Source: Convolutriloba macropyga
Lineage: Eukaryota
Assembly (NCBI RefSeq): GCF_964194025.1
Contig: NW_027451014.1
Coordinates: 1 to 64,000, forward strand
Length of the DNA stretch: 64,000 bases
Reading direction: 5' to 3'
A program made the position numbers and the translations under genes. The notes beneath the pieces were generated by a model, which worked only from the letters and a program-made list of their open reading frames with translations, was not told where the DNA came from and ran no database searches. The first letter of the stretch is position 1; each line of letters opens with the position of its first letter. This document shows positions 11,536-22,387 of the stretch, piece after piece.

Positions 11536-12516
11536 CCCCCCACCCCCCCCCCCCCCCCCCCCCCCGGGCTGGCCGCAGCGAGGTTTCCCTGAGTCCGGCT
11601 GTGTTGGCTTGCGTGAAAGTACGGATGAGCCATGGATCGTATCTGCACTTCATTGCATGCTCTGAACTGGCAGCTGCCTCCGACGTTGGCCTGTGCAGGG
11701 TTGGTGACCATCCACGGCATTCATGCGGTTGAGCTGACCCCAACTGGGAAAGTTCCAATTGCTGCAAATGCAGCTCTACAAACGAAGTCCAAGGCCCGGG
11801 GCTGATTGGGAGCCTACTCATCCGGCGAAGTTCACAACCCTCAAGCAGTACTTCATTAGCTGAGGCGCTCACTGCAAACAGTTTCATCCAACCCCACGTT
11901 GGGCCAGCTTCCATAGCGCAGCATACGCGTCAGCATGACACGCGATAACTGTACTACAAAGCAGTAACGGGGGTGTAATGTATTATGTACCAAGGAGCGT
12001 GAAAGTGCAGGTAATATGAATGCGGGCGATACACGGAGCTTAGTGGACGTGCATGTATAATAGGCCGGGCATCTGGGCAAATTAGCAGGCAGCGTGTCTG
12101 CCTCTGCATGGTTAACTTTCATCGTTTACCACGGCCCTGCGTAGCAAACTGATTGGTCGAGTTGCCATTGCCATTTCATACTAAAGCACTGTATAGGCAG
12201 TGCTTGGGATATTATCCATGCAGTGATAGGAGCTTGGGACACGGACTTCAACAGACGTGCGGCAGAATTTGGCATGCCCGTTGTTAATACCCAGAATACT
12301 GCGGCCTGGATGTTATATATTAGTGACATCAAAATCGTTACCATGAAATGAAGCACGATAACAGTTCTTGTGCCCATTTAGCACTATAGATGTCATCGGT
12401 GTAGCATATGATCATGAGTTGTGGTGCTGAGGTATCGAAAGTCTTAAGCCGGGGGGACGTGGCTATCTGGGACCTGGGGATATTCCCCGATGCGCAGACA
12501 CACTCCGCCTAGATAG

Positions 12517-15500
12517 CTAGCGTGGTCTGCGGCTGTTGCTGGCAGCCTGGAGAGGCATTAGCATTTTCTCTGAATCTTGAATCATCAGATCGCCGAGATG
12601 GATATCCCTCATGCGCTTCTGATGAACCATGGGTATCCTGGAGAACAAGTCTGATGTGCGCTGCGTTTGCCCGCCTGACTGTTGCTGAGATTGACCGCCC
12701 AGGTGTGTGGGGGATGAGGGCTTGACAGATTGGGGCACTGGCTGCAACAGGTGGCTGCTGTCCTGAACTCTGGTATTGTGATGGGCGGCGTTGGAGTTTC
12801 TAGGGCTCCTTGGCAGCATCGGGCCTTGCAGCTGCAAAGAACCCACCAAAGGCGTCAGGGCGGCAGACGCTGTCAATTACAGGTTCGAAAGTGGCGTGGC
12901 GAATCATGAACACATAGCAAGGTACAGTGTAACAGGCAGCAAACCACATACACAGAAACGCGTGGCGCTTGCCTGGCTATCATCAAACCACATGGGCATT
13001 GCGCCAGGCTCCTCCAGCTCCACAGGGACATCAAGCTTCCTCAGAGTCACAGCTCCCTTCCGCCAGCCATGGCGTCTCGTCCGTCATTCGAGCCACCTGC
13101 GGCACTCCATGCATTGTCTGTGTCAAGTGCATTGTCATTAGAAGCACACACTGAGCGCATGTGCCATTGAGAGAGCTATGCTCCAAGGTGGGTCAACGTA
13201 CCCGCAACACCACCCCCCTCAGGAAGTGCTTGAGATGAGTTTGGTATGCCCATTGTCTTCCTTAGCATTTCAAGATAGGCTGCCGGGTTTGTGGTTTCCT
13301 CTTCCTGCACAGTTCAGGGCAATCTCAACAGAGCCCAGGCAGAGATATCCAGTAAGCAGCGCTGGATGGATAGGCTTTCGCCAGCAGGAGGATAGACTTG
13401 CCTGAGCCCCTTCGTGGTGCACAGTGTACGACAGCCAAACTGGGGCTTGGTCCGGGATTTCTGCAGGTGGAAGTATCGGAATCAGAATGTCTATCAGAAC
13501 AAGTGAATGGCTATCAGAAACAAGTGAATGGCCGCAGTGGTAGCTAACTGCGGGTTCAAATCCGGTCCCAGTTGAACAATTAAACAGCTGTGTGTGTGTG
13601 TGTGTGTGTGTTGGAGGGAGGATTCATTTCCTCTGGGCAGGCAGTCGCTCACCATCTCTGGTTATTGTTTGATATGCCAGAACTTTGAAAATGCTTGTTT
13701 TAGGGTCAGCTTTGGGAGGGATTCTTCGCTTTGGAGACTGCTTGCGAGGGTTCGTTTCTGCTGTCTTAGCAGCAATGTCACCCCCGTGATCCTGCAGCCC
13801 CGCATCCACCGGGGCGGGCAAGCTTGAAGGTTCTGTACTTTCCCTACGATCTTTGCTGGCACTACCACCAAATGTGTCATTCCTGATGCTCCTGGACGCT
13901 TCCTTCCCAGTCTGGGTGACAGCCTGCCCAGATTGCTGTGGCAAGCTTCTGCCCTGTCCATCAGCCTGCAACGAGCCAACGGAGGCATGGGCATGGAGCA
14001 ACGCCTCAGAAACAGGGACAATTTGCCAGACGGAAGACTTGAAATTGCGGTTAGACCGACGGTACACCCGTGACCTTTGTGAAATCGCCAGAGGTCCCCA
14101 CAGCAACAGCCACTGATTCCCAAAACAAATGCACACTGCAGAGGTACCGATCCAAGTTCTGACAATATCACGCAGTCTCGTCAACAATACAAGGCAGGGT
14201 TGGCTGCACAACTTCTTGTGGTCCCTAGTTATGCCCTGGAACTCCTGCTGTACCTTTGGTCCTGCAGTTTCGCTGCTTGTTTTGGGTCGTGCTGGAGGCT
14301 TTTTCCTCCGGGCAGAGACTTTATCTTTCCCTTTCGTTTTTGGCTTGCTCTCGCCTGCTGTGGAAAGGAAGTTCCAGTCCTCTTGCTCGTCTGCATCCGG
14401 GACTACTGAGAACTTCTTCGAAAGTAATCTCTGTACCCCAGGATGACCGTCTGAAACACGAAACGGCTGTCAAGCAGCAGCACAACACATGGTGCCAAAA
14501 GCCACAAGAGGGAAAAATACACGTGCAGGCTCAGCGAGAGAATGTGGGTGTGCAGTGCTATCCGAGTTTAAGGGTGGGGCATATGGGGAGACCATGTAAC
14601 CAGATGGTGAAATTTGGTAAGCGTGGGCAGGCTTTATGAGCGCACACCATTATGATAGGTGTCACGTAGGTCTGCATTTTCAAGCCCAAGGATAATCTGG
14701 TGTCTAGACTCTGATGCGTGGCCCCGCAACTTCAGCTGCGGCGTCCCCGCTCGAGCATCCGGAGAGAACAATTCAGCTGTGGGGGCTGGAATTAGTACCA
14801 GCGGCCAAAGTTAGTAGGAATGACATGTAAAGTACACACGTCTGCGGAATTGTATAGAAATGAAACGCCAACAGATATGGACCCATGTGTATCTTGAGAA
14901 AGGCCTTTCCATAAACAGGATACAATGAGGTTACGGGCAGGAAATGTTTCTCTATATGTTACTTGATATTCCATCTGACTGCGTCGTCTCAGAAGCAAAC
15001 CCTTTCCAACCCGCTTCCCCTCTCATAAGCAACGGTAGCTGGGCAGTCCGAGGGAGAACTCACAATGTTCCCATGAACATACCTGCACTAGCCGGCCCTA
15101 TCGTCTGCAGCCGCTTGATCTTTGGTTCGCTCTTGGATAACTGGTAGTACCGCAGAAACTCAATGGATCAACGCACTAATGTATATCGCACACAGCAGCA
15201 TTGCGCGGTGGACCGCACAGGGAGTCACTTCCTGTTGCAGCCGTGCATGGGGGAGAGGAAGGAGGCATCGAGAAAAAGAAGGCGGATCCCTACCATGGAT
15301 CGTTGCTTGATTCTCTCCAATCCTTCTGGATATATCGCCTTCAAGCACGCACTGTCCTCTACCGGCACAGTCTCCATGGGCCAGCCCTGTTATCCAGCGC
15401 GATCGGGGGAGCAACGTCAGCAAAGGGAGAAAGATAGCTGGCGAGAAATAGGTCAGAAGCAAGGTAAAACACCCTCCGCAGAGGAAAGCATGTCTCGAAC

Positions 15501-15880
15501 GAACGATTCTTGTGCCTGACGACGCAATATTGCCTGAGGGAAAGTATAAAAGAAGGCTTACCTGCAGTTGGGCTTCCTCAGCCTGGATGGGTGCGCTGCC
15601 ATGCTGTTCGAGGGGCTGCATACTGCTTAATGCGCACACAACATGACTCTCAATAGAGCGAAGCTTTGTAGCACATGACTTCAGCATTTTTAGAATGGCT
15701 GATCAGCGCTATGGGACATCTTAGCTGAGGTATACCTGCTACTCGGACGAGGTACATCAGCGAATTCTAGGTCTCGATGCATTTGCAAGTCCCGACCCTG
15801 GCAGACACAATGCACAAATCTGTCAGTGAAATGGCAGAACCCTATCAGTGGCTAATGAGCTAAAGCACGTGTGTGTATGA

Positions 15881-15916
<36 letters not shown>

Positions 15917-17744
15917 GTGAGGGGGGGGGGGGGGGGGGGGGGGGAGGGATGTATCGGAGATGACAAGAGAAAACCACCTCAATGCGCCACTGCCGTTCTT
16001 GCTTCTTCTCGTGCCTGTATGGGCAACGCCCTTACTTAGTAACACTCCCATCCAGGCTGGGGACATGCCTTTGATTGCATCATGCACCTCAAAGATCGGA
16101 GCCACAGTCAAGAGGGCATCACGGCTGTCATTCAATGACAACTAGAGCTCACATTTTGCGGATTTCTGTCCCATCCATGTAAGGGTAGCGTCGAAGAGTG
16201 CGCTCAAACTTGTCAGCAGAGAGATGGCTCGATCCCGTTGTTGGAGCATAGTAAAGAACCTGACGGTGCCACGGTGCGGTCAGGCCATTGAAGCAGATAC
16301 CTGTGCCCTTCTCACCGGCAGGTTCTCATAGCAGGGTCCCGGACCAACACTGCAACGGGATCTGATATCCGAATAAGGATCAGTAGCTCACAACTAAAGG
16401 AGTAATGCGCATTAATCCGCCTGGGGGGGGGGGGGGGGGGGGGGGCAGTGGTCCCACCACACAGACCTGTTTCTGGACAAGGTGTGTTGTTGGGGTTTTG
16501 GCAATGCCCGTGTCAAAGTTGAGCTTGTCATCCTTGTACCGCTTCTTATAGCTGCTGCTCATAGGGCGCTCGTGCTGTGGAGATGCTCCTCTTAGCCACG
16601 GAGACTTCTGAAATGACTGACGGGAGGTGGTTGCTGCTGTTGCTGCACGAATGAGATGACAGTGGGCTCAGGAATTTCATAATTAGGCGTACGTTCATGT
16701 GGGCATCCATTTTAAAGTGACAAACATCGTGGGCATCCCACAGGAATTCTGGGATGGATAGGAGACGTTGGGAGACTCGATGCACATGTTCTCAAGATCA
16801 TGCATCATGGAACAGGAGTACATGCAAAGGATTTACCGCGATGCCGTTGCCACTTTGGATTTGTCTGCACAGACCTGCGGGCAACCTGCCATGACAGCAA
16901 TCCAACTCTGACACAATCACAGATCGGGGCGCGGCCGGGCTTTTTGGGGGCCGGGGGGGGGGGGGGGGGGGGGGGGGAGGGGGGCGCATAGATAGATGGA
17001 TACGCGGATGGATGGATGGATAACACAGATGTCCTCATGTACGCGCCCTAGAGGATTGCCAGTACATTTACAGACCACGAATGGGCTGCTATGTTCAGCA
17101 TTGGCAGGCATGCGAGACTAGTTCTCTCGGAGACTTTCGGCTGACCGGCCCAGTTTGCAGAGTCGGCTCACCTCAATCTTGTATTCCAAAGCAGTGGGCT
17201 TTGCGGGTCGATGCCACACAGTTCCTGCGTTCAGATACAGTGCACACTGAGGGACAGATATGCATCTCATGCGATGACATGTGCAGCATGAGAATGATGA
17301 ACCAGGATGCCAGAGCACACGGGCTGGAGTTTTGAGCACATCCGAAGAGTCTCTAAGGCCCAGGGATTAAGAACAACACTGAATGCCCATACCGTTCTGT
17401 ACATGCCCAGGAGTGGGGACTCGATCCCAAACATTAAGGTCCACAAGGGAAGACTCGTGCTTCTGCGGCGGAGCTTTGCGGATCTTACTCCGGCTTTCTG
17501 CCACCAGGAAAGGGTACTTCTCTCCTTCATCAAGATAGTTTTTCCCCATTCTGCTGCAGAAATATTCGTCTCCACCGGCTACTGGCACGTCAAGTCTCCG
17601 TCCTAGGAGGGGCTAGCCCGACCGAACGCAACGCGAAATGTGCGCTGTCTATTTGGTGCCTTCGACGAGCAGAGGCGACTGGCCTGACCTGACCGCCGGC
17701 TCCACACACACCTGAATCAAGACTACTGCCCGGCAAAATGCCAT
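12517..17744 (-). CDS. Probable large multi-exon hypothetical gene; structure unresolved
   Basis: Candidate first exon MAFCRAVVLIQ|gt from 17744. Several AG/GT-bounded low-complexity exon-like segments (e.g. KKRYKDDKLNFDTGIAKTPTTHLVQK) and sense-strand poly-C intron tracts at ~15921, ~16423 and ~16953. No recognisable domain. Confidence 0.35.
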
Positions 17745-18215
17745 GCTTCTCTCCTTACAAGTCGCATAGCCAAGGCAGCACTATACGCTTTTCCTTGCGG
17801 CATTGACAGTTGAAGCAGGAGCCGTCGCACGGCATGTGCGGGCAGTGGGCACCGGCACTAGCGCAGTGGCGCTAGTACTAGAGTGTAGCACTAGTAGTCG
17901 CAGCAGGTGGTCGTAGGTGGGTACCCTACGCTTCCAGATGTACGGCCCTGGCTGAGTACGCGTACGTAATGATCCCCAATATTCCAATAGATAGGAGTAC
18001 AATACGCGTATAGATAGAGCGATCCAGCTACGGGCGAAGTACCCGGGTACTAAAAAAAGTACCCGGGTACTAGCGCCCATTCGGATAAGTCATAAAAGCC
18101 TAGGGTGGCGCGTAGATGAGGCCATGATGGCCGGGGGCCTCGAACAAGCAGGGCCATGGGTGCCCGAAGGCCCCCTTATTTGCTGGTGATGTGGTTCGAC
18201 TCATTCGAGCATATA

Positions 18216-19595
18216 CACTGCTCCACAAAAGTCCGTACCCCCTTGTAAATCCCTATCACACAAATTGTGGCAATTGTCTGTCATCTATGCACTTCCTGAC
18301 TGCCATTCACGTTAGTTTCAAAGACCACCGCAAACATAATTTAGCCATTCATAGTCTTGGAGAAGAATCCACGGCATGTGGCCTTTTCGAGCCCCTGGAA
18401 TATCAGTTAAAGGCTAGCCACACTCTTGAAAATCGCCCAAGAAATCGGTACGTGAAATAGTACTGAGCAGCCGTAGGCCATACGGTGGCAGGTTGGTCAT
18501 TGATGCCAAGCTGTCACAATAGTGCACCGCTGAAAAATATCAAATTGCAAGTCCAATTCGTCATTGAGGAGGAAATGGCGTCCATATGTGGCCATTGGGT
18601 GAGGCAGAAGCTTGCCCGAATTCATGGGCAGCCCTGTGAGCGAAAAACCCAATTTCGTCATACGGGCTCAGAACGGAGCGCTGTCAAGGCCAGCGTGAGC
18701 AGAATTTTCGCCGTCCCGGGCCAAGGGCTGGGGCTTAGCCCGGGTCAAAATCGATTGAGACCATAAAAAAGGGTACCTTGTTTCCTCACTAAAAAGATAT
18801 GGCCATTTGAAGTTTTCGTGCAGCCTGAAACTGGGCCAAGTCGCCATATTTTGGCACAAATGCCTCATTGTAATGACCACTCCCTAAGGATGATGCATGC
18901 ACTCCCATCCCACTCACATGAGGTGCAAAAACAAGCATTTTCAAGGCCTCCCCCACCTTTGGCATGGGCCCCTTTCCTACTCCCTTTCCAACCTTTTTTG
19001 CATTTTTCCAGTGAGAGGGTTAAAGGGGCACCACTGGTCAGGGCTCCCCTTACCACGTTGGGCAATGGCCCTCCCCACCAACCCTTGTGCACGATGCACT
19101 ATCACCATGGGTTGGTTGGCGCACGAATAGCATGGCTTGAGTGTCTCATCCATGGTGGAAGGACTCCAGATGGTGTCAACAAGGGGCCAAAATCGGGTCG
19201 CTCGAAATCACCAGCAAAGCACCACCAACTCATGGGGCCCTAGTGTTGTAGGGTGTGGCCTTATGGGTCCAAGCTATGCATGACGAGAGACACATTATCC
19301 TTGCTACGATGTTATAAGGAACTGAGAAGTGATCACTCATGTCTCGAAATGTGACAATATTTTTAGTTTCAGGCAAAATCGAAGTAAACTCAACATGGAA
19401 TTGCCTGACCATGGGCACCCCCACCCACCATATAATGCATAACCTTACCATTGCGTTGACATCTAAGCCATGTAACGAGTCATAATGCATTGTTCTGCAG
19501 CCAAGGGAGCCAATGATGGTTTCGTAACTCAATGCATTGGCCTTTGACAAAATTATGGGAAAACTTTAGGGGGTGCAAACTTTTGTGGAGCAGTG
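18216..19595. mobile_element. Element A copy 1: 1380-bp non-autonomous TIR element
   Basis: TIRs CACTGCTCCACAAAAGTCCGTACCCCCT / AGGGGGTGCAAACTTTTGTGGAGCAGTG (17 bp perfect, 25/28 overall). Preceded by TA. No ORF over 141 aa and none recognisable. Confidence 0.9.
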
Positions 19596-19636
19596 TGGGG
19601 CAGTAGTTTCCCCACCAGATTCACATACATAGGAGT

Positions 19637-19641
19637 TTACA
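19637..19641 (-). terminator. Candidate chlorophyte-type polyadenylation signal TGTAA in the transposase 3' UTR (present in every T copy)
   Basis: Minus strand AAGCAC-TGTAA-ACTCC, ~30 nt after the TAA stop and ~40 nt before the element end. Confidence 0.45.
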
Positions 19642-19669
19642 GTGCTTTAACCCAGTTGCATTCTTGGGC

Positions 19670-20746
19670 TTAATACTTTGTGACGCCCCCTCTAGCATCT
19701 ATGCATGCTTGCACTCGGTTTGGGATGGAGTTGTAGAATTTCATGAGTGTCTCATGGGGCATGTTGTCCCATTCTTCTTGCAGCGCATTTTGGAAATTTT
19801 GTTTTGTGAGCCCTGGTCTGTTGTTCACTTTCTTGGCTACCCAGCCCCATACATTCTCAATCCAGCTGAGATCGGGGCTTTTGGCAGGCCAATCTAGTAC
19901 CTTGAAGTCTTCTTGCTCAGATAGCCACCTAGTAACCTTCTTGGCAGTGTGGGCCTTGGCATTGTCTTGCTGCCAGACCCAATAAGCACCCATCCTGGCC
20001 CTGCTTGTGTGGGGCATCCTGGGCCTCATGAGTTCCCTGGCTGCTGGGATGAGCTTCTCCTTCAAGAGATCCAAGTACACCGTTGCATTCACGCCTTTGG
20101 AGTCCGCATGCATGCCTGTGGTCCCCACAGTGGCAAACAGGGGGCTCTTTCCATACTTGGTCACCACTGCATAGGCATGCACCTTGAAGCTGTGAGTTTC
20201 TGCAGCAATTACTGGTGGCTCTTCTCCATACATCACCCACACCTTGTCCCCAGGGCCACGAGATACAAGCCAGAAGTTCTTGCTGTCACTGATAGCCGTG
20301 TCTTCCCATGGGCTATTGCCATACAAGCCTTGCATCTCGATGCAAAACTGCTCCCTGGCTGTCTTGTGTTGTTCAGTCAGAGTTGGCTTCTTTTTGGGCT
20401 TCATACGCTGCCCCATGTGCTTTCGAATGAACTTTCTGATAGACTCTGCACTCGCTTCAATGCCCAGGCTGTCCCTCACGCGATTAGCGATGATAGAGCA
20501 CGCCAATTGTTGACGGACGCCGTCCTCCACCAGCTGCATTAGCTCAGGGTTGGTTGCTGCCAGCTTGGCAGGCCTCCCAACCCGCTTACTGTCCTGCACG
20601 TCTTGGGTGAGCCTGTGACGCTGCACCCATTTCTTGACTGTCTTGACTCCGCATTTGTGCTTACGTGCCACTTGCTTGAAGTTGCCAAGCTGTTCGTAGC
20701 TCAAAACTAGCCGCCATCGCTTGGCGACACTCGTAGGAGAGCGCAT
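19670..20746 (-). CDS. IS630/Tc1/mariner DD35E transposase (358 aa from ATG), copy T1
   Basis: N-terminal HTH region (QVARKHKCGVKTVKKWVQR), GRP motif, KPKKKPTLT linker, ISD, WQQDNAKAH, WPAKSPDLSWIENVWG and C-terminal CIDARGG.TKY. 35 residues lie between the second D and the E. The ORF-track start is GTG; the first ATG (ACCATG) is 12 nt downstream. Confidence 0.97.
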   Translation of the reverse strand: MRSPTSVAKRWRLVLSYEQLGNFKQVARKHKCGVKTVKKWVQRHRLTQDVQDSKRVGRPAKLAATNPELMQLVEDGVRQQLACSIIANRVRDSLGIEASAESIRKFIRKHMGQRMKPKKKPTLTEQHKTAREQFCIEMQGLYGNSPWEDTAISDSKNFWLVSRGPGDKVWVMYGEEPPVIAAETHSFKVHAYAVVTKYGKSPLFATVGTTGMHADSKGVNATVYLDLLKEKLIPAARELMRPRMPHTSRARMGAYWVWQQDNAKAHTAKKVTRWLSEQEDFKVLDWPAKSPDLSWIENVWGWVAKKVNNRPGLTKQNFQNALQEEWDNMPHETLMKFYNSIPNRVQACIDARGGVTKY

Positions 20747-20794
20747 GGTGAAGCGCACAGCAAAATACAGTATGAGCCCACCCCAGAAGTTTGA

Positions 20795-20805
20795 GCTATA
20801 TTTAG
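20795..20805 (-). promoter_or_regulatory. TATA-like element upstream of the transposase
   Basis: Minus strand CTAAATATAGC about 50-55 nt upstream of the ATG; same in all T copies. Confidence 0.35.
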
Positions 20806-20933
20806 AAATTGTGGAGAATTCACTGCCTCAAGGCCTTTGGCCAGTCAGGAAGCATTAAGTGGCATCATAGAACCACACGTCAGCATTAAAACGTACCAAC
20901 GTACCACTGATAATCCTTTGTTCTTTTGCCCCA

Positions 20934-22313
20934 CACTGCTCCACAAAAGTCCGTACCCCCTTGTAAATCCCTATCACACAAATTGTGGCAATTGTCTGTC
21001 ATCTATGCACTTCCTGACTGCCATTCACGTTAGTTTCAAAGACCACCGCAAACATAATTTAGCCATTCATAGTCTTGGAGAAGAATCCACGGCATGTGGC
21101 CTTTTCGAGCCCCTGGAATATCAGTTAAAGGCTAGCCACACTCTTGAAAATCGCCCAAGAAATCGGTACGTGAAATAGTACTGAGCAGCCGTAGGCCATA
21201 CGGTGGCAGGTTGGTCATTGATGCCAAGCTGTCACAATAGTGCACCGCTGAAAAATATCAAATTGCAAGTCCAATTCGTCATTGAGGAGGAAATGGCGTC
21301 CATATGTGGCCATTGGGTGAGGCAGAAGCTTGCCCGAATTCATGGGCAGCCCTGTGAGCGAAAAACCCAATTTCGTCATACGGGCTCAGAACGGAGCGCT
21401 GTCAAGGCCAGCGTGAGCAGAATTTTCGCCGTCCCGGGCCAAGGGCTGGGGCTTAGCCCGGGTCAAAATCGATTGAGACCATAAAAAAGGGTACCTTGTT
21501 TCCTCACTAAAAAGATATGGCCATTTGAAGTTTTCGTGCAGCCTGAAACTGGGCCAAGTCGCCATATTTTGGCACAAATGCCTCATTGTAATGACCACTC
21601 CCTAAGGATGATGCATGCACTCCCATCCCACTCACATGAGGTGCAAAAACAAGCATTTTCAAGGCCTCCCCCACCTTTGGCATGGGCCCCTTTCCTACTC
21701 CCTTTCCAACCTTTTTTGCATTTTTCCAGTGAGAGGGTTAAAGGGGCACCACTGGTCAGGGCTCCCCTTACCACGTTGGGCAATGGCCCTCCCCACCAAC
21801 CCTTGTGCACGATGCACTATCACCATGGGTTGGTTGGCGCACGAATAGCATGGCTTGAGTGTCTCATCCATGGTGGAAGGACTCCAGATGGTGTCAACAA
21901 GGGGCCAAAATCGGGTCGCTCGAAATCACCAGCAAAGCACCACCAACTCATGGGGCCCTAGTGTTGTAGGGTGTGGCCTTATGGGTCCAAGCTATGCATG
22001 ACGAGAGACACATTATCCTTGCTACGATGTTATAAGGAACTGAGAAGTGATCACTCATGTCTCGAAATGTGACAATATTTTTAGTTTCAGGCAAAATCGA
22101 AGTAAACTCAACATGGAATTGCCTGACCATGGGCACCCCCACCCACCATATAATGCATAACCTTACCATTGCGTTGACATCTAAGCCATGTAACGAGTCA
22201 TAATGCATTGTTCTGCAGCCAAGGGAGCCAATGATGGTTTCGTAACTCAATGCATTGGCCTTTGACAAAATTATGGGAAAACTTTAGGGGGTGCAAACTT
22301 TTGTGGAGCAGTG
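20934..22313. mobile_element. Element A copy 2
   Basis: Same TIRs as copy 1; flanked directly by T cores (CCCCA|CACTG...CAGTG|TGGGG), no TA. Confidence 0.9.
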
Positions 22314-22387
22314 TGGGGCAGTAGTTTCCCCACCAGATTCACATACATAGGAGTTTACAGTGCTTTAACCCAGTTGCATTCTTGGGC

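Larger units (their letters stand above)
19596..20933 (-). mobile_element. Element T copy 1 (1338-bp core): autonomous IS630/Tc1/mariner transposon lacking its terminal 3 bp at junctions with A
   Basis: Core runs TGGGGCAGTAG...CTTTTGCCCCA. Adding the junction triplets gives Tc1-like termini CAGTGGGGCA...TGCCCCACTG. Contains the transposase ORF. 27 further copies follow. Confidence 0.9.

Noticed and set aside
13530-13572. Possible tRNA (GCAGTGGTAGC...GGGTTCAAATCC)
   Set aside because: The A- and B-box-like motifs are too close together; no anticodon arm or acceptor stem.
18191-19550. ORFs of 70-141 aa in element A as a second gene (e.g. Fanzor/TnpB cargo)
   Set aside because: Short, several with non-ATG starts, overlapping on both strands; no RuvC or zinc-finger motifs visible.
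19664-20542. Repeated small ORFs inside T (77, 80, 89, 103 and 197 aa)
   Set aside because: Antisense or alternate-frame shadows of the transposase ORF with no recognisable motifs; they recur only because the unit is repeated.
20747-20758. GTG start giving a 362-aa transposase
   Set aside because: In a eukaryotic context the ACCATG 12 nt downstream is the more plausible start.
18216-22313. A as the LTRs of a retroelement, or A-T-A as a simple composite transposon
   Set aside because: No gag/RT. A has TIRs, and T has its own inverted ends and occurs in long runs without A.
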